Made by a program: the position numbers and the translations under genes. From the NCBI GenBank assembly GCA_035712285.1, contig DASTBA010000105.1:2927-66926 (forward strand): DNA of 64,000 bases. The letters are read 5' to 3'. The notes beneath the pieces were generated by a model. The model had not been told where the DNA came from and searched no databases. It was given only the letters and a program-made list of their open reading frames with translations. Below, one piece after another: positions 28,245 through 38,025 of this stretch. Positions within the stretch are counted from its first letter, which is position 1. The number at the start of each line of letters is the position of its first letter. This DNA comes from Gemmatimonadales bacterium. GTDB taxonomy: Bacteria > Gemmatimonadota > Gemmatimonadetes > Gemmatimonadales > GWC2-71-9.

Positions 28245-28250
28245 CGCGCT

Positions 28251-30446
<2,196 letters not shown>

Positions 30447-30448
30447 CG

Positions 30449-32263
30449 TCAGGTCCAGGCCCGCACCCGTCCGTCGCGCGCTTCCAGCATCTCGCCGATG
30501 GTCATGGCGGCGTGGATCAGGCCGACGTGGGTATACGCTTGCGGGAAGTTGCCGAGGAGCGCCCCGGTCGCCGGGTCGATATCCTCGGAGAAAAGGCCGA
30601 CCGGATTGGCGTAGGCGGCTACCCGCTCGAATACCGTGGCGGCCTCCTCCAGTTCGCCCATCAGCGCCAGTGCCTCCGCCCACCAGAAGGAGCAGATGGT
30701 GAAGGCGCTGGTGGTCTGCCCGAAGTCGTCGGCGTTCTTGTATCGCAGCATCAGGCCGTGCTCCACCAGCGTCTGCTCGTAGGCGCGCACCGTGGAACTG
30801 AATCGCGGGTCGCGCGCGTCCACCAGGCCGATGGTCGAGAGCAGCAGGTTGGAGGCATCGGGATGAGTGCCTCCCAGCGACTGGGTGAAGTAGCCCCCGT
30901 CGGTGCGGAACCCCTGGTCCAGGATCAGGCGCTGTTCCGCCGCCGCGATCGCCTCCCAGCGCTCGGCGGTCTGGTTGTCGCCGAAGCGGCGGGCGAGACT
31001 GGCACCGCGGTGGATCGCCACCCAGCACATCGCCCGCGAGAAAGTGTAGTTGCGGAGGATGCTCCGGAACTCCCAGATGCTGGTGTCGGGGCGCGGGGCC
31101 GCCGTGATCGCATCTTCCACCAGGCGCCGCACCAGCGGGTAGAAACCGTCCGATCCCTCGTACACGATCCGCGGGTCGGCCAGCAGGGTCTCGAGACAGA
31201 GGATGATCTCGCCCCAGACGTCGTGCTGGCGCTGGGTGTAGGCGGCGTTGCCGATCCGCACGTGGCCGTTGCCGCCGAATCCGGCGAGATGCGGCAGCAT
31301 GATCTCGTCGAGGGTGCGCTCCCCGTCGATGCCGTACACCGGCTGCAGCGGTCCCGCCTCGGTCACGTCGCGGAGGTAGCGGGCGAACTGTTCGCCCTCC
31401 CACACCTGGCCCAGGCGGCGCAGCGCCTCCACGGTGAAGGCGGCATCGCGGAGCCAGCAGTAGCGGTAGTCCCACGTGCGCTCGGTGCCCATCGCTTCCG
31501 GGATGCTGGTGGTGGTGGCCGCGATGATGGCGCCGGTGTCATGGAAGGCGTGCAGCTTGAGCACCAGCGCCGACCGGAGCACCAGATCCGGCGCGAACGA
31601 GGGCAGGTAGCAGCTTCGCGACCACGCCCGCCAGCCGGCAATGGTGCGGTCGAGGTCGTGCTCGACCTCCGCGAGCGTGGCCGTCCGGTCCCGGGGCCCG
31701 TGCGACAGCACGAAGTAGTGCGGCCGGTTGAGCACGAAGGACCGGCGGTGGGTGACATACGGCACCGGCAGGCTGGTGGCGAGATGGAACGGCACCGGCG
31801 GGCCGCTGACCTCGAGCCCGAGCGTTGTCTCCCGCAGGATCGGGCGCAGCCGCGCATAGTCGGGACGGGGGTCGAAATCCACGATGAGCCGCGGCTCGCC
31901 CGAGAGCGGCCGGACCAGTCGCATGAGCTCGTAGGGCGCCCGCACCCCGAGGCCGGACGGTATGCGCGGCGCGAAATCCAGCACCTCCCACGAGCCATCA
32001 TCGGCGTGGAAGACGGTCCGCACCACGTTCGTGTTGCGCAGGTATCCCATCTGGCCGGCCTGCTCGCCCGACGCGTGCAGGATCCGGAACGCCCCGCCAT
32101 GCTCACGGTCCAGGAGCCGCGCAAACACCGATGGCGAGTCGAACCGCGGCAGGCAGAGCCATTCGATGGCGGCGGTGGGCGAGACGAGGGCCAGGACGCG
32201 GCCGTTGCCCAGCACGGCGTGATCCAGACGGGCGACAGGGGAAGAGGTGGGCGACGGGTCCAT
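30449..32263 (-). CDS. Glycoside hydrolase family 15 (glucoamylase/trehalase-like)
   Basis: AIEWLCLPRFDSPSVFARLLD, WDYRYCWLRDAAF and CSFWWAEALA are typical of bacterial GH15. 604 aa. Its stop lies 2 nt before the otsAB start. Confidence 0.85.
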   Translation of the reverse strand: MDPSPTSSPVARLDHAVLGNGRVLALVSPTAAIEWLCLPRFDSPSVFARLLDREHGGAFRILHASGEQAGQMGYLRNTNVVRTVFHADDGSWEVLDFAPRIPSGLGVRAPYELMRLVRPLSGEPRLIVDFDPRPDYARLRPILRETTLGLEVSGPPVPFHLATSLPVPYVTHRRSFVLNRPHYFVLSHGPRDRTATLAEVEHDLDRTIAGWRAWSRSCYLPSFAPDLVLRSALVLKLHAFHDTGAIIAATTTSIPEAMGTERTWDYRYCWLRDAAFTVEALRRLGQVWEGEQFARYLRDVTEAGPLQPVYGIDGERTLDEIMLPHLAGFGGNGHVRIGNAAYTQRQHDVWGEIILCLETLLADPRIVYEGSDGFYPLVRRLVEDAITAAPRPDTSIWEFRSILRNYTFSRAMCWVAIHRGASLARRFGDNQTAERWEAIAAAEQRLILDQGFRTDGGYFTQSLGGTHPDASNLLLSTIGLVDARDPRFSSTVRAYEQTLVEHGLMLRYKNADDFGQTTSAFTICSFWWAEALALMGELEEAATVFERVAAYANPVGLFSEDIDPATGALLGNFPQAYTHVGLIHAAMTIGEMLEARDGRVRAWT

Positions 32264-32320
32264 TGGGAAGGGCTACAGTACTCCGGCGCATCGCGCAACC
32301 GTGGGCGCATGCGCGGGACA

Positions 32321-32329
32321 TGCTACACT
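32321..32329 (+). promoter_or_regulatory. Extended -10 element TGcTACACT, 6 nt before the glgX ATG
   Basis: TG 32321-32322, then TACACT 32324-32329, then 6 nt (TCCCGC), then ATG 32336. There is no Shine-Dalgarno sequence. No good -35 was seen. Confidence 0.35.
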
Positions 32330-32335
32330 TCCCGC

Positions 32336-34390
32336 ATGGAACCAGTGGCGCATGCAATTCCGGGAGCCGGCGTCGTGCTCGACGGTCCCGAGCCGGGCCC
32401 GGACGCGACCATGTTTCGCGTCCGCTCCGCCGCGGCGGAGCGCGTGGAACTGTGCCTGTTCGACGCATCGGGCGGAGCGGAGCAGCGGCTGGACATGGCG
32501 CGGGACACGGCGGGATCGTGGCAGCTTCCGGTCCCCGGCATCCGGCCGGGCCAGCTCTACGGATTCCGGGCTCACGGCCCCTGGGAGCCACGGGCCGGGC
32601 AGCGCTTCAATCCCCACAAGCTGCTGCTCGATCCCTATGCCCGCGCCGTGAACGGGCCGATCAACTGGCATCCGTCGCTGCTCGATCATCGGGCGGACCG
32701 GCCGGAACTGCCGGACGAGCGCGACAGCGCGCCGCATCTGCCCAGGTGCGTCGTCGTGTCGCCGGAATTCGACTGGCGGGGAGACATTCCTGCGCGAACT
32801 CCTCTGGCCGATTCGCTGATCTACGAGTGCCATGTGCGCGGCATGACCATCCAGCATCCGGACGTCGCTCCCGAGGAGCGCGGCCGCTTCCTGGGGCTCG
32901 CATCGGAGCCGGTCATCCGCCACCTCGCCGGTCTCGGCGTGACGGCCGTCGAGCTGCTCCCCGTGGCGCACAGCGCCGGGGACGCGCGGCTCGCCCGGCT
33001 CGGCCTCACCAACTACTGGGGCTACAGCACGGCGGCGTTCCTGGCGCCGGATGCCCGTTTCGCTTCCGCCGCGCGGGGGGAACAGGTCCGCGAGTTCAAG
33101 GAGATGGTGCGGCGCCTGCACGCCGCCGGCATCGAGGTGGTTCTCGATGTGGTCTTCAACCACTCGGCGGAGGCGGACCCCGGCGGCCCGACGATGTCGT
33201 TCCGGGGCCTCGGCAACGCCGACTGGTATCTCGCCGGTGATTCACCGGACCGCTATCTCGACGTGACCGGATGCGGGAACACGCTCGATGTCCGCGCGGG
33301 GCCGGGACACCGGCTGCTGTACGATGCGCTGCGCTACTGGGTGGCGGAGATGCACGTGGACGGATTCCGCTTTGACCTGGCACCGGCGCTGGCCCGGGGG
33401 CGCGACTTCCCGGCGTCCCTCGATCCGTTCTTCTCGGCCCTGCGTGCGGACCCGGTACTGGCGCCCTGCAAGCTCATCGCCGAACCGTGGGACCTGGGGC
33501 CGGATGGGTATCAGCTCGGCCGGTTTCCGGCGGGATGGTCCGAGTGGAACGACCGGTATCGCGACACGGTCCGGAGATTCTGGTCGGGCATGCCCGGCCA
33601 GACCGGCGCGCTTGCCACCACATTGGCCGGTAGCAGTGACCTGTTCGGCGGGGTCGGGCGCGACCCGCAGGCGTCCGTCAATTTCGTCACCTGCCATGAC
33701 GGATTCACCTTGCAGGATCTTGTGCAGTATGCTGGGCGGCACAACGAGGCCAACGGCGAAGGCGGCGAGGATGGACACCCGGAGAACTGGAGCCGGAACT
33801 GGGGAGTCGAGGGGCCGTCCCCCGACCCGGCCGTGCTGCGGCTGCGTGAGCGTGCCGCCCGGGCGATGCTGCTTTCGCTCTTCGTATCCCAGGGATTGCC
33901 GATGCTGAGCCAGGGCGACGAACTGGGGCGGACGCAGCAGGGCAACAACAACGCCTACGCGCTGGACAATCCGGTGAGCTGGGTGGACTGGAACCTGGAC
34001 GATGCCCGCCGGGGCCGGCTCCGCTTCGCACAGGACGCCTCTGCCCTGCGCCGGCGGCATCCGGTACTGCGTCGCAGCCAGTTCTTCACTCCGACGGATG
34101 CCGTGTGGCTCCGTCCCGACGGTAGCCCGATGAAGGCCGCCGACTGGGAGGCGCCGGACCAGCGGGCCTTCATGCTGGCCCTGCGGGAACGGGCAGGCAC
34201 CGATCTGCTGCTGGCCTTCAACGGCGGGGCCGCGCCGGTGGATCTCACCCTTCCGATGGGGAACTGGCGCCTGGCGCTTTCGAGCGCGGAGCAGGGCGCT
34301 GTCCTGCCTGCGCATGGCCGCTGCCGCCTCCCTGCCGTCACGCTCGCCGTGCTCGAACCTGCCACCTCATCCGAAGAAATTCCTTCGTGA
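32336..34390 (+). CDS. glgX: Glycogen debranching enzyme GlgX (GH13)
   Basis: The N-terminal CBM48-like region reads FRVRSAAAERVELCLF. GH13 regions read VVLDVVFNHSAE, DGFRFDLA, LIAEPWD, NFVTCHDGFTL. An alternative in-frame ATG lies at 32309. The long 5' part of track ORF 30260-34390 is antisense to GH15/otsAB and is rejected. Confidence 0.9.
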   Translation: MEPVAHAIPGAGVVLDGPEPGPDATMFRVRSAAAERVELCLFDASGGAEQRLDMARDTAGSWQLPVPGIRPGQLYGFRAHGPWEPRAGQRFNPHKLLLDPYARAVNGPINWHPSLLDHRADRPELPDERDSAPHLPRCVVVSPEFDWRGDIPARTPLADSLIYECHVRGMTIQHPDVAPEERGRFLGLASEPVIRHLAGLGVTAVELLPVAHSAGDARLARLGLTNYWGYSTAAFLAPDARFASAARGEQVREFKEMVRRLHAAGIEVVLDVVFNHSAEADPGGPTMSFRGLGNADWYLAGDSPDRYLDVTGCGNTLDVRAGPGHRLLYDALRYWVAEMHVDGFRFDLAPALARGRDFPASLDPFFSALRADPVLAPCKLIAEPWDLGPDGYQLGRFPAGWSEWNDRYRDTVRRFWSGMPGQTGALATTLAGSSDLFGGVGRDPQASVNFVTCHDGFTLQDLVQYAGRHNEANGEGGEDGHPENWSRNWGVEGPSPDPAVLRLRERAARAMLLSLFVSQGLPMLSQGDELGRTQQGNNNAYALDNPVSWVDWNLDDARRGRLRFAQDASALRRRHPVLRRSQFFTPTDAVWLRPDGSPMKAADWEAPDQRAFMLALRERAGTDLLLAFNGGAAPVDLTLPMGNWRLALSSAEQGAVLPAHGRCRLPAVTLAVLEPATSSEEIPS

Positions 34391-34484
34391 GCCGGGATCC
34401 GCTGGATCTCCTTCTGGGTCGACGCGGCGTGCCAGCGGGACTCAAGCTGCGGGACACGCTGCGCTGACCGGGATGCGATTCACA

Positions 34485-34943
34485 TCACATCCGGCCGTCG
34501 GGCCCCACGATGATGAACGCCACGGTGTTGCCGGCCACGAAATAGGGGAGGCCTCCCGCCGCACGACGCGCCAGCAGAGCCATCAGCCGGCTGTCCGGTG
34601 ACGTGACCATGACCCCGACCTGCATGCCGCCGGCGCCGGTCCCGCCCTGGAAGTTCTCCCAGTCCAGGGTGTACTTGGCGCGGGTGAAGCTGAACCCGCC
34701 ATTGAGATACGGGGCCATTCCGGCCGGCACCACGCCGGCCCCCGCGTCGGGCGGAAACCTGTCCTTGTCGGCCCAGTAGTTGTACGCGCCTACCCGGATG
34801 GCGCCGAGGTCGCCGATGATGGCCGACACCTCGGCGTGATTGCGGAGATCCACGTAGCGCAGCACCGCGATGCCGGCCAGGATGCCCAGGACGACGAACA
34901 CGACCAGCAGCTCGATGAGCGAGAATCCGCGGCGCCGGCTCAT
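34485..34943 (-). CDS. Prepilin-type N-terminal cleavage/methylation domain protein (type IV pilin / pseudopilin-like)
   Basis: MSRRRG|FSLIELLVVFVVLGILAGIAV is a class III signal peptide, with Gly at -1, Phe at +1 and Glu at +5. 152 aa. ATGA overlap with the upstream gene. Confidence 0.8.
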   Translation of the reverse strand: MSRRRGFSLIELLVVFVVLGILAGIAVLRYVDLRNHAEVSAIIGDLGAIRVGAYNYWADKDRFPPDAGAGVVPAGMAPYLNGGFSFTRAKYTLDWENFQGGTGAGGMQVGVMVTSPDSRLMALLARRAAGGLPYFVAGNTVAFIIVGPDGRM

Positions 34944-35455
34944 GGGGTCCCCCGACGGCTGAGCACGTCATAGCTGTTGCCGACGAATGCTGCCACCGAG
35001 TCGCCTGAGCGGAGTGTCAGGTGCAGCTCCGAGTCCGCGCCTTCCAGCACAAATTCGCCGAACTGCGTGGGGGTATAGGTGAGGTTGCCGACCGGGATTC
35101 CGGTGTCGGCGAGCCGGGCCGGCAGGTGCCCGGCGCTGTCCTGGAACCGGGCGATGCGCTGGTACTGCAGCGCCATGGCAAGGCGCAGGCTCGCTTCCCG
35201 GACCGCGGCCGACTGCGCCGGCATCCCGCGGTGAAATACCCAGTCCGGCCGTGCCATCCAGAGATACCCCAGTACGCCCGCAAGCACGAGCAGGCTCAGC
35301 CAGGTGGCCGGATGCGGCCTGCGGCGCGGGCCACGTGGCCGGGCGTCGGCGGGGCGGGACTTCAGCGCCTCGTCGTACGCCTCGAGCAGTGCGCGCTTCT
35401 CGGGCGAAGGCGGGCCGCCGCTTCCGCCGGGAGAGGTCGGGGGCGGATGGCTCAT
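34940..35455 (-). CDS. Hypothetical single-pass membrane protein
   Basis: 171 aa. A Pro/Arg-rich N-terminus is followed by one hydrophobic helix (WLSLLVLAGVLGYLWMA) and a C-terminal domain of about 100 aa with no motif I recognise. It is tightly packed between the response regulator and pilin-like genes. Confidence 0.6.
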   Translation of the reverse strand: MSHPPPTSPGGSGGPPSPEKRALLEAYDEALKSRPADARPRGPRRRPHPATWLSLLVLAGVLGYLWMARPDWVFHRGMPAQSAAVREASLRLAMALQYQRIARFQDSAGHLPARLADTGIPVGNLTYTPTQFGEFVLEGADSELHLTLRSGDSVAAFVGNSYDVLSRRGTP

Positions 35456-35457
35456 GT

Positions 35458-35859
35458 TCAGCGTCCGGGCTGGGGGAGTGCGGCTTCGACTTCGGCCGGG
35501 AAGGTGCGGATATCGATCGGCTTGGTGATGTACCCCGCGAAACCGGCTTCGAGGGCGCGCTCACGGTCGCCGCTCATGGCATGGGCGGTGAGCGCCAGCA
35601 CCCGGCGCTCGCGGTGCGCCGAAGCGCGGATCTCGCGCAGCAGGGAAAATCCGTCCCGCCCCGGGAGCTGGATGTCCATCAGGATGAGGTCCGGCTCCGC
35701 CGCGTCCAGTGCGGCGATCAGGTCGTCGCCGCCACTGAGCGGCACCACATGGTGCCCGCGCAGCTTCAGCAGGGTGGAGAACAGCTTCATGTTGTCGGGG
35801 CTGTCCTCGACGATGACGATGGTGGCCAGGTGCGGCTCCGTTGTTGGGACGCTCCTCAA
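35458..35859 (-). CDS. Single-domain response regulator (CheY-like receiver)
   Basis: IVIVEDSPDN, the phospho-acceptor context LILMDIQLPGRDG, then ALTAHAMSGDRERALEAGFAGYITKPI. There is no output domain. The TTG start at 35859 is uncertain. Confidence 0.85.
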   Translation of the reverse strand: MRSVPTTEPHLATIVIVEDSPDNMKLFSTLLKLRGHHVVPLSGGDDLIAALDAAEPDLILMDIQLPGRDGFSLLREIRASAHRERRVLALTAHAMSGDRERALEAGFAGYITKPIDIRTFPAEVEAALPQPGR

Positions 35860-35869
35860 TAACTACAAT
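35841..35869 (+). promoter_or_regulatory. Sigma70-like promoter TTGTTG-N17-TACAAT in front of aroA
   Basis: TTGTTG 35841-35846, a 17-nt spacer, then TACAAT 35864-35869. ATG 35876 begins exactly 6 nt after the -10 hexamer. Confidence 0.4.
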
Positions 35870-35875
35870 CCTGCC

Positions 35876-37189
35876 ATGGCGCCGGCAACGCCGGCGCCCC
35901 TCCACTCCCGCTCCGGCAGGTGCATGAGCTTCGGTGCAGAGATCCGCGTTCCGGGCGACAAGAGCATCACTCATCGCGCGCTCATGCTCGCGGCCCTGGC
36001 GCGGGGCAGCAGCCGGCTCACCGGCCTCCTCACCTCCCTGGACGCCCGCTCATCGGCACGCGTGCTGCGCCAGCTCGGCGCCGGCATCACGCCGCTCCGG
36101 GACGGCGCCGCCGTGACGGTGACGGGCCGCCCGCAGTTCGGGGAACCTGCCGGAACACTCGACTGCGGCAACGCGGGCACCACCGCCCGCCTGCTCACCG
36201 GCCTGCTTGCGGCGCAGCGCCTGTCCGCCCGGCTGAGCGGGGACGCGTCGCTCCGGCGCCGCCCGATGCGCCGGGTGACCGAGCCGCTCTCGGCGATGGG
36301 GGCGCGTTTTGCCCCGGCCGCGGCCGACCGGCTCCCCTTCCGGATCACCGGCGGCATGCTGTCGCCCTTGCGGTATGACCTGCCGGTCGCCAGCGCCCAG
36401 GTGAAGAGCGCGCTGCTCCTGGCCGGTGCCGCCGGCGGTGTCGAGGTCTCGCTGCTGGAGCGCGGCAGCCCGTCGCGCGATCACACCGAGCGCCTCCTCG
36501 CCGCGCTTGGCTTCCCGATCTTTCACCGTGATGGGCGTGTCGAACTCCGTGGATCGGCACGGTTCCGCCCGTTCGATCTCGCCATTCCGGGTGATCCGTC
36601 CTCGGCGGCCTTCCTGCTTGGTGCGATCCTCGTCCGCGGGCGGGGGGCGCTCGCCATTCCGGGCGTCTGCATCAATCCCACGCGGGTCGGGTTCCTGCGG
36701 GTGCTGGAGCGGATGGGGGCGGCGCTCGCGCGGAGCGACGAGACCGAGGTGATGGGGGAGCCGGTCGCGACCGTGGCAATCCGGGGCGGGGCGCTCACGG
36801 CGGCCGACATAGCACCTGATGAGGTTCCATCGCTGGTGGACGAGGTGCCGCTCCTCGCGGTGCTCGCCACCCGGGCCCGCGGCGTGACCCGCTTCCGCTC
36901 GGTGGGTGAATTGCGCGTCAAGGAGAGCAACCGTCTTGAATTGCTGGCGGAGAACCTTCGGGCGGCAGGGCAGGAAGCTGCGGTGGAGGGGGATGACCTG
37001 CTGGTGGAAGGCGGCGCCCGGCCGCCGCGGGGGCGGATCGTGACCGCCGGCGATCACCGGATCGCGATGGCATTCGCGGTGCTGGGGCTCGCCGACGGAG
37101 CCCGCCTTCGGGTGGACAACCCCTCCTGTGCCGACGTGAGCTTCCCCGGGTTTGCTGCCGCCCTGCGGCGGGTGGCGAAGGCCGCATGA
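35876..37189 (+). CDS. aroA: 3-phosphoshikimate 1-carboxyvinyltransferase (EPSP synthase)
   Basis: VPGDKSITHRALMLAALA, NAGTTARLLTG and RVKESNRL. Start ATG 35876 is chosen because of the promoter geometry; the alternative is ATG 35924. The 5' part of track ORF 35021-37189 is antisense to other genes. Confidence 0.88.
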   Translation: MAPATPAPLHSRSGRCMSFGAEIRVPGDKSITHRALMLAALARGSSRLTGLLTSLDARSSARVLRQLGAGITPLRDGAAVTVTGRPQFGEPAGTLDCGNAGTTARLLTGLLAAQRLSARLSGDASLRRRPMRRVTEPLSAMGARFAPAAADRLPFRITGGMLSPLRYDLPVASAQVKSALLLAGAAGGVEVSLLERGSPSRDHTERLLAALGFPIFHRDGRVELRGSARFRPFDLAIPGDPSSAAFLLGAILVRGRGALAIPGVCINPTRVGFLRVLERMGAALARSDETEVMGEPVATVAIRGGALTAADIAPDEVPSLVDEVPLLAVLATRARGVTRFRSVGELRVKESNRLELLAENLRAAGQEAAVEGDDLLVEGGARPPRGRIVTAGDHRIAMAFAVLGLADGARLRVDNPSCADVSFPGFAAALRRVAKAA

Positions 37190-37905
37190 GCTCCCATGAT
37201 GGGGTGATTGCCATTGACGGGCCGTCGGCCTCCGGCAAGTCGAGTACGGCCCGCGCGGTGGCGGAGCGGCTCGGCTTTGCCCATCTGGACTCGGGCGCGC
37301 TCTACCGCGGCGTCACCCTGGTGGCATTGCGGGAGGTGACGCGAGACGGCGCGCCGGCGGACAGTGATCCGCTGGCCGGCGGTGCGGAGGCGGTGCTCCG
37401 GGCGGCCGAGGAGCGCGGCCTGGTGCTCTATCCGGATGGGGCAGGCTTTGCAGCATACCTGGAAGGGGAGCCCTGTGACGAGGCCATCCGCACGGCGGAG
37501 GTGACACGGCACGTGAGCGCCGTGAGCGCCGTTCCCGAAGTGCGGGAGTGGGTGAATGCCCACCTCCGCGAGCTGGTCCGTGCGGGGCGGAACGTGGTGG
37601 TGGACGGCCGGGACATCGGGACCGTGGTCTTTCCCGAGGCGGATCTCAAGGTCTTCCTCACGGCGAGTCCGGAGGTGCGGGCCCGCCGGCGCGTCCTCCA
37701 GCGGCACGGGGTGCCGGACGAGGCAGCGATTGCCCGGGAAACGGCGCTGCTCGTGGCCCGTGATGCCGCTGATGCGAGCCGGCCGGTGGCGCCCCTTCGC
37801 CAGGCGCCGGATGCCCGGGTGCTGGACAGCTCCGGGCTCACCTTCGACCAGCAGGTGGGGCGGATCGTGGGCTGGGCGCGGGAGGTGCTCGGAAAGCCGG
37901 CTTGA
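37186..37905 (+). CDS. cmk: Cytidylate kinase
   Basis: IAIDGPSASGKSSTARAVAERLGFAHLDSGALYR. ATGA overlap with aroA. The aroA-cmk-rpsA order matches E. coli. Confidence 0.92.
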   Translation: MSSHDGVIAIDGPSASGKSSTARAVAERLGFAHLDSGALYRGVTLVALREVTRDGAPADSDPLAGGAEAVLRAAEERGLVLYPDGAGFAAYLEGEPCDEAIRTAEVTRHVSAVSAVPEVREWVNAHLRELVRAGRNVVVDGRDIGTVVFPEADLKVFLTASPEVRARRRVLQRHGVPDEAAIARETALLVARDAADASRPVAPLRQAPDARVLDSSGLTFDQQVGRIVGWAREVLGKPA

Positions 37906-38025
37906 TCCGGCATTGCCGGCGCGCTACTTTTCTCCGCTTCCCCCGGACATGCATTCCGCCTGTCCGGGACTCAACCCCAGCCCGCGATCCCCCGTTCGCG
38001 GTCGGTATGTGAAAGCGGTCCATTC

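Noticed and set aside
30447-31475. A 5' extension of the otsAB reading frame; the track ORF runs to 31475.
   Set aside because: The extension overlaps the GH15 gene in another frame and translates to Arg/Pro/Gly-rich low-complexity sequence. The recognisable OtsA N-terminus (MSRVLLVSNRLPV) starts at the ATG at 30446, 2 nt after the GH15 stop.
35905-35918. A partial match (about 11 of 13) to the 3' end of tRNA-Leu (CCTGCTCCGGGCA), considered as a possible attachment-site repeat bounding a 8-kb island.
   Set aside because: The match is short, imperfect and GC-rich, so it is easily produced by chance. The similarity does not extend further, and no integrase or other mobility gene lies in between.
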